64,000 bases of DNA, from the IMG/VR virus record IMGVR_UViG_3300050159_000048. One strand, written 5' to 3'. The notes beneath the pieces were generated by a model that did not search any database, was not told the origin of the DNA, and saw nothing but the letters and a program-made list of their open reading frames with translations. This DNA is from a virus. Shown piece by piece: positions 58,598-64,000 of this stretch. Positions within the stretch are counted from its first letter, which is position 1, and the number at the start of each line of letters is the position of its first letter. A program made the position numbers and the translations under genes.

Positions 58598-59008
58598 ATG
58601 AAACTACGACAAGCAATTGCCCACATGCAGGCGGCATACATTTACGCATCTTTATCGTACTGTGTTCGCAGGCAAGTGGGGTGTGTTGTGGTTCGTGATA
58701 ACCGAATCATCTCTATTGGGTACAACGGCACACCTGCAGGAGAAGACAATACTTGCGAAGCTGAAGACGGTAGCACAAAGTCCTGTGTCATTCATGCTGA
58801 AGACAACGCTCTACGTAAATTAGAGCGTTGTGGTGAGACTGCTGAGGGCGCCACATTATTCGTCACGACCGCGCCGTGCAAGACGTGCGCTGAAAAGATC
58901 GCAGCACACAACGTTAGTCAAGTGCTATACGACGATCTGTATCGGAACGACGACGGAATCCGTTACTTGCAATCTGTAGGGATTGCAATTGAACAAATGA
59001 CCACATAA
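58598..59008 (+). CDS. cd: dCMP deaminase
   Basis: SYCVRRQVGC, GYNG, HAE, PCKTC. Confidence 0.95.
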   Translation: MKLRQAIAHMQAAYIYASLSYCVRRQVGCVVVRDNRIISIGYNGTPAGEDNTCEAEDGSTKSCVIHAEDNALRKLERCGETAEGATLFVTTAPCKTCAEKIAAHNVSQVLYDDLYRNDDGIRYLQSVGIAIEQMTT

Positions 59009-59032
59009 CAACTACAAGAGGAAAACACCCCC

Positions 59033-60841
59033 ATGTCTCAAGACACATATTTGGGCATTAACATTGACCTATCACGAGACGCGCTTCTGGACGAAATCGG
59101 CATCCAGCGCTTGAAGGACTCGTACCTGATGGAAGATGAAACATCTCCCCAGCACCGATACGCGTACGTATCCAAGGCTTTCGGTAGCAATCCGGAACAT
59201 GCACAGCGACTCTATGAATACGCCAGCAAGCATTGGATGGGTTATTCTACTCCCATCCTGTCGTTTGGTCGTAATGCTTCTGGCTTGCCGATCTCGTGCT
59301 TCCTGGTCAACGTTCACGACTCCAAGGAGGGTCTAGTTGAAGCCCTATCCGAAACCAACTGGCTGTCGATGCTAGGCGGTGGTGTGGGCGTTTACTTCGG
59401 TATTCGTGGCACAGACGAAAAGTCGGTTGGTGTCATCCCCCACATGGGTGTGTATGACCGCTCTTGCTTGGCTTATAAGCAGGGTACAACACGTCGCGGT
59501 AGCTACGCGATGTATCTCGACATCAGTCACCCCGACATTCTCGAATTCCTTGATATGCGCAAGGAAACTGGTGACCAGAACCGTCGAGGTTTGAACCTTC
59601 ACCACGGTGTAAACATTCCTAACAGCTTCATGGAAATCATTGAGCGTTGCATGCGCGATGCCAATGCCGATGACTCGTGGGAGCTGCGCGACCCTGCTTC
59701 AGGTAAGGTTCACGAAGTTGTTTCAGCGAAGGATCTGTGGGTTAAGTTACTCGAACTACGGGCCGGCCAAGGTCGTGGTGAGCCATACATCCACTTCGTC
59801 GACAATGTTAACAACGCTGTCAAACCATACTTGAAGGACAAAGGTTACAAGGTTGTCCAATCAAATCTGTGCTCGGAAATCGAGCTGATGACTGACAAGG
59901 ACACCACAGCTGTGTGCTGCCTGTCATCAATCAATCTGGAACATTGGGACGAATACTGCGACAATTACCAATTCTTCCGCGATATTGCAGAAATGTTGGA
60001 CAACGTGTTGCAATACTTTATCGACAACGCCCCTCCGTCGATTGCTCGAGCAGTCAAGTCAGCTCGCGAAGAACGCAGCATTGGTATTGGTGTGATGGGT
60101 TTCCATTCATATCTGCAGAAGAACATAATCGCGTATGACGGCGTGATGGCAAAGGCTGCAAATAACCGCATCTTCACCCGGTTCCAAGCTCAACTGGATC
60201 GCGCCAATGCTGATCTCGGCGCTGAACGCGGTTCGCCTAAGTGGCTTGAAGGCACAGGTCTGCGGTTTGCGCACATGAGCGCGATCGCCCCAACGGCCAG
60301 CAATGCTCTGATCTGCGGTAATGTGTCGCCTTCAACCGAAGCATGGCGCGCTAATGCATTCCGCCAAGACACATTGTCTGGTACGTTCATTCAGAAGAAT
60401 AAGCATTTGGACGAACTACTAAAGAAGTTGGATGCTGATGGGGCGTGTGATTACCAAGAAGCTTGGCTGAAGATTGTTCAAGCCGAAGGTTCTGTTCAGG
60501 GACTGGAGTGTTTGTCGGATATTGAGAAGGATGTCTTCAAAACGGCTTCAGAAATTGATCAGCTGTGGGCAGTTGAGTTGACGACTGATCGTCAACCCCG
60601 CATTGACCAGGGCCAGTCGTTCAACATCTACATTCGTCCAGATATCAGCATCGCTAAACTGCACGCCATTCACTTCTCCTACTGGAAGAAGGGTGGCAAG
60701 GCCATGTACTACGTGCGCACAGAAAAGCTGGCTAACACAGACACAGTCGGCAAGAGGGTTGAGCGAGTCCGCATTGAAGAGGAAATCGACCAGTTGCGAC
60801 AAATTGCTGAAGGCGTTGATTGCATCGCGTGCGAAGGCTAA
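59033..60841 (+). CDS. nrdA: Class I ribonucleotide reductase, alpha subunit (602 aa, no ATP cone)
   Basis: STP, PISCF, SNLCSEI, IAPTAS, MYYVR, C-terminal CIACEG. Confidence 0.96.
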   Translation: MSQDTYLGINIDLSRDALLDEIGIQRLKDSYLMEDETSPQHRYAYVSKAFGSNPEHAQRLYEYASKHWMGYSTPILSFGRNASGLPISCFLVNVHDSKEGLVEALSETNWLSMLGGGVGVYFGIRGTDEKSVGVIPHMGVYDRSCLAYKQGTTRRGSYAMYLDISHPDILEFLDMRKETGDQNRRGLNLHHGVNIPNSFMEIIERCMRDANADDSWELRDPASGKVHEVVSAKDLWVKLLELRAGQGRGEPYIHFVDNVNNAVKPYLKDKGYKVVQSNLCSEIELMTDKDTTAVCCLSSINLEHWDEYCDNYQFFRDIAEMLDNVLQYFIDNAPPSIARAVKSAREERSIGIGVMGFHSYLQKNIIAYDGVMAKAANNRIFTRFQAQLDRANADLGAERGSPKWLEGTGLRFAHMSAIAPTASNALICGNVSPSTEAWRANAFRQDTLSGTFIQKNKHLDELLKKLDADGACDYQEAWLKIVQAEGSVQGLECLSDIEKDVFKTASEIDQLWAVELTTDRQPRIDQGQSFNIYIRPDISIAKLHAIHFSYWKKGGKAMYYVRTEKLANTDTVGKRVERVRIEEEIDQLRQIAEGVDCIACEG

Positions 60842-61003
60842 CATGAAAGGTCCCAGGGGAACTCAAGGCGTATGTTTCGAACCATCGAAAAGGGCTCCGT
60901 GAGTTCCCTGGGACGATTTGGTCATCTTCAAGTGTGAGTGATGCAAGAAGTGGACCACCCGAAAGACCCGGAAATCAAAACAAGATAGAGAACTGGACCT
61001 ATA

Positions 61004-62008
61004 ATGGTTAAGACTAACAAGAAAACAAAACTAACAGACACCCGCGCAACGTTCAAGCCGTTTGCGTACCCCAAGTGCTATGAACTGTGGCTCAAGCACG
61101 AACAGGTTCATTGGCTGCATACTGTGATCCCAATGCAGCAGGACGTGTACGACTTCAAGAAGCGTCTGTCTGAAGGCCAGAAGGACTTCCTTACGCAGAT
61201 CCTGCGTCTGTTTACACAAGGCGATGTGGACGTCGCGGCTGGCTACGTGAACAACTACTTGCCGGTATTCCCACAGCCGGAAGTACGGATGATGTTGCTT
61301 GGGTTTGCAGCTCGTGAGGCTGTTCACATTGCTGCGTACAGCCATCTACTGGAAACCCTCGGCTTCCCGGACACTACGTACAATGAATTCATGGAATACA
61401 AGGCGATGGCCGATAAGCATGACTTTATTGCACAAATTACGCAGTCTGGCGATAACGCTAAGGTGATCCAGCAGATGTGTGCCATTAGCGCGTTTACTGA
61501 AGGCATGCAGTTGTTTAGTTCGTTTGTCATGTTGCTGAACTTTGGACGCAACAACATGATGCCAGGCATGACCAAGATTGTCACATGGTCAATCATTGAC
61601 GAAACGATGCACTGTGAAGGTATGACGTACCTGTTCCGTGAGTTTGTGAAAGAGAACAAGGACATCTGGAATGACGATCTGAAGCGTGAGTTGTATACGA
61701 TCGCTGAAAAAATGGTTGAACTCGAGGATGCGTTCATCGACCTTGCATACAGCAAGCTGGATCCGTCAGAGTTCAAGCAGCAACTGTTGAAGGCTGACAT
61801 GCATGCATACATTCGCTACATTGCTGACCGTCGGTTGATCGGGATGGGGCTGAAGGGCATCTTTAAGCACAAGAAGAATCCGCTTCCGTGGGTTGACGAA
61901 ATGCTTGCGCTGCCATCACACACCAACTTCTTCGAACAAACTGAGTCTAGCTATTCCAAGGGTGCGCTGCAAGGGACTTGGGATGATGTGTGGGGTGTGC
62001 TTAAGTAA
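61004..62008 (+). CDS. nrdB: Class I ribonucleotide reductase, beta subunit
   Basis: FTQGD, REAVH..AY, EGMQLFSSF, DETMH, NFFE. Confidence 0.96.
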   Translation: MVKTNKKTKLTDTRATFKPFAYPKCYELWLKHEQVHWLHTVIPMQQDVYDFKKRLSEGQKDFLTQILRLFTQGDVDVAAGYVNNYLPVFPQPEVRMMLLGFAAREAVHIAAYSHLLETLGFPDTTYNEFMEYKAMADKHDFIAQITQSGDNAKVIQQMCAISAFTEGMQLFSSFVMLLNFGRNNMMPGMTKIVTWSIIDETMHCEGMTYLFREFVKENKDIWNDDLKRELYTIAEKMVELEDAFIDLAYSKLDPSEFKQQLLKADMHAYIRYIADRRLIGMGLKGIFKHKKNPLPWVDEMLALPSHTNFFEQTESSYSKGALQGTWDDVWGVLK

Positions 62009-62028
62009 GCTGAGCGGACACTTAGATC

Positions 62029-62056
62029 AAAAAAAGGGGCGTTGTCGCCCCTTTTT
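62029..62056 (+). terminator. Intrinsic terminator overlapping the -35 of the next promoter (TTGTCG-18-TATACT)
   Basis: AAAAAGGGGCG-TTGT-CGCCCCTTTTT; -10 at 62066-62071. Confidence 0.85.
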
Positions 62057-62092
62057 GTTTTGGGGTATACTGGATCAGAAGGAGTATTTGAT

Positions 62093-62599
62093 ATGATTGA
62101 AATTACAGAAATCAACATAGACCTGGACGGAGTCATGGTAGACTTTCGGAAAAAGGCGCTGGAAGTCGCCGGAATTGTCCCCGAACACGACCCCAACAAC
62201 AAGCAACTGCGTCGCGACTTTTGGAAGCACATTGAGATGCATGTTCGATCCGGCAAGCCTTTCTTTGGTGCGATGGATCCCATGGAGGACGCGTTTGTGT
62301 TGTGGGGGTATTTGTTGGCCTCTGGCAAACCTCTGGTGATCAACTCAGCAACAGGACACATTCGTGGTGCTAGTGAAGAGAAGCGGTACTGGGTGCGAAA
62401 GCATCTCGGTCACGATGCTGCGAACGCGGCACGCTTCGTGCGCGATGCAGTAATGAAGTCGCAATATGCGCATCACACCAAGGTCCTGATTGACGATCGC
62501 AGGAAGGCAATTGATCCTTGGGTCGCGGCTGGTGGGATTGGAATACTACATACTAGTGCTGTAGAAACCATTGAGCAACTGAAGTTGCTAGGAGTATAA
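62093..62599 (+). CDS. HAD-family 5'(3')-deoxyribonucleotidase-like protein (start re-assigned to 62093)
   Basis: DLDGVMVDF, K..W, LIDD, W.AAGGIGILH; AAGGAG RBS. Confidence 0.85.
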   Translation: MIEITEINIDLDGVMVDFRKKALEVAGIVPEHDPNNKQLRRDFWKHIEMHVRSGKPFFGAMDPMEDAFVLWGYLLASGKPLVINSATGHIRGASEEKRYWVRKHLGHDAANAARFVRDAVMKSQYAHHTKVLIDDRRKAIDPWVAAGGIGILHTSAVETIEQLKLLGV

Positions 62600-62601
62600 T
62601 T

Positions 62602-62982
62602 ATGGGATATGAGGCTTTTGTATTGACGGAAGCATCTCGGGCGAGTTTGCTCGAGCAGTTTCCGCCAAAGTTCCCTGATGTGATCGCGCATCACATCACA
62701 CACCGATTTGGTGTGCATAAGCCGGCAGAGATGCCGGCTCCTACACCTACGTCATTTGAGGTCGTAGGTTATGCTGCTGATGACAGCCTGGAAGCATTGG
62801 TTGTTCGTAAGCGTACCGCCGTCGGACAGAATCGTCCGGACGGTAAACCCTACCACATCACGTGGTCGTTGGATCGTTCAAAGGGACGTAAGCCCGTTGA
62901 TTCCAACGCGGTCATTGCGAACGGGTTTGAGCCGATCGATAAGCCAGTTATCGTGGCGGCTCAGTTCCATTACATTGATTAG
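62602..62982 (+). CDS. 2H phosphoesterase-like protein
   Basis: Two HxT motifs (AHHITH and YHITW) about 55 aa apart. Confidence 0.65.
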   Translation: MGYEAFVLTEASRASLLEQFPPKFPDVIAHHITHRFGVHKPAEMPAPTPTSFEVVGYAADDSLEALVVRKRTAVGQNRPDGKPYHITWSLDRSKGRKPVDSNAVIANGFEPIDKPVIVAAQFHYID

Positions 62983-63233
62983 TAGTCGTCAGAATAGCGA
63001 CTAGTTTTGGTGTGCTTAGAAGAGGAGGCTTGATATTCGTCAGCCTCCTCTTCGTCCATCTGCTGAGTGTAAGCAGCCCACTCGTGCACCGTGTCGAACG
63101 ACTTGTATTCAAACGGATCCCAGACAGAACCGTCGTCGGGATCGATTTCGATCCCGTATTCTTCCATCAGTTGTTCAACGGACATAACGTGTGCGTCATG
63201 CAGAACAGTACTCTGCATGTGGTGCTTTGACAT
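62979..63233 (-). CDS. Small acidic hypothetical protein (84 aa)
   Basis: AGGAG RBS; AATAAATA at 63272-63279. Confidence 0.7.
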   Translation of the reverse strand: MSKHHMQSTVLHDAHVMSVEQLMEEYGIEIDPDDGSVWDPFEYKSFDTVHEWAAYTQQMDEEEADEYQASSSKHTKTSRYSDDY

Positions 63234-63284
63234 GGAAACTCCTAGAGGGGATTGTTAGTACTACGAGTGGATATTTATTTCAAA

Positions 63285-64000
63285 TCACAGAGTTGCGTAG
63301 ATGTTTTTGGTATAGTTACCCAAAATCTCTTGCAATTCAGAGATATAAACCTTCTTCCGTTTGTCTTCGGAAGACAACAGATCGAGATATGTTTGCAGCT
63401 CAGCTTCCGCATCCTTGATTCGCTGCTCATTTTTGAGGCGCTCCTCTTCCGTGAAACGGTAAATGGGCAGATCAGCAATGTAATCAATGTGGACGATGCC
63501 AATACCGGCCAGCAATTCCTTTAGTTCAGACCGTGACTGAGTCTTGCCAGCAGTTGCACTGATCTTGTGCTTGATTGCGGTGCGGATGTCGTAGTACCGC
63601 TGCAGGTCTAGCTTGATCAAGTCACGCAACCGCTCATAACGCTGCACGTACCACCCAAGACGCCAATCCGTAAATTGACGAATCAAATCTACGGGATTGG
63701 TGCTCATAATGCTATCCCCAGAGAAGTCAACCAGATTCAAGTTCTCTGTGTGGCGGCACGTCAGCTTCAACATCTGAATGAGTGTTTCTTCGGTGTAATC
63801 CTTCAGAAATCCACGTCGGAATTTGACATCAATGTTGATTGTATTGCGTGAATTATCGACGTAGTCAACGAGCGTGTCACCTTCGAGAAGGGCGTCAAGA
63901 CTTTCGAGGAATTTCGCGTGAGATAGTCCGTACGGAAGGGATGTTACCTTTGCTTCGGTTGTGTTCTTGATTACAACCGAACCAGAGAATACGTACACGT
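63285..64000 (-). CDS. Type II topoisomerase, GyrA/ParC-like subunit (gp52-like), C-terminal part
   Basis: VTSLPYG, YVDNS, F.DWRL..Y..R and YIADLPIYRFT.EE; 5' end lies outside the window. Confidence 0.8.
   Translation of the reverse strand, partial: VYVFSGSVVIKNTTEAKVTSLPYGLSHAKFLESLDALLEGDTLVDYVDNSRNTINIDVKFRRGFLKDYTEETLIQMLKLTCRHTENLNLVDFSGDSIMSTNPVDLIRQFTDWRLGWYVQRYERLRDLIKLDLQRYYDIRTAIKHKISATAGKTQSRSELKELLAGIGIVHIDYIADLPIYRFTEEERLKNEQRIKDAEAELQTYLDLLSSEDKRKKVYISELQEILGNYTKNIYATL

Noticed and set aside
60875..60890. GGTTCGAAA on the minus strand resembling a tRNA T-loop
   Set aside because: No cloverleaf, acceptor stem or CCA; it is one arm of a small hairpin
1..64000. Genome-wide stop-codon reassignment
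   Set aside because: Core genes are intact in the standard code and end sensibly at TAA, TGA (portal, ruvC, gp55) and occasionally TAG

Overview
A 64-kb segment of a large T4-related myophage genome (inferred jumbo phage; about 50% GC by eye; standard genetic code). It holds neck and tail-completion genes (gp15/gp14/gp13-like) and a head module (gp23 capsid, gp22, gp21, gp20 portal, tape measure). It also holds a recombination and late-sigma block (RuvC, gp46, gp47, gp55) and a long baseplate cluster (gp48/53/27/5/25/6-like, a 3327-aa protein, PAAR). Replication and nucleotide genes include RNase H, clamp, family B polymerase, DsbA, helicase, dCMP deaminase, NrdAB and a partial topoisomerase. 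Two promoter classes are visible: T4-late-like TAAATA boxes and sigma70-like -35/-10 pairs. The best leads are non-coding. (1) A roughly 300-nt ORF-free element behind ruvC, with about 8 tandem hairpins and a 10-bp loop-loop complement, is a candidate new structured RNA. (2) At four genes a late promoter sits inside a hairpin that hides the translation start. (3) The nrdA-nrdB spacer is structured and also reads as a TGA-interrupted mini-ORF. Product calls come from motif recognition and synteny only; no searches were run.
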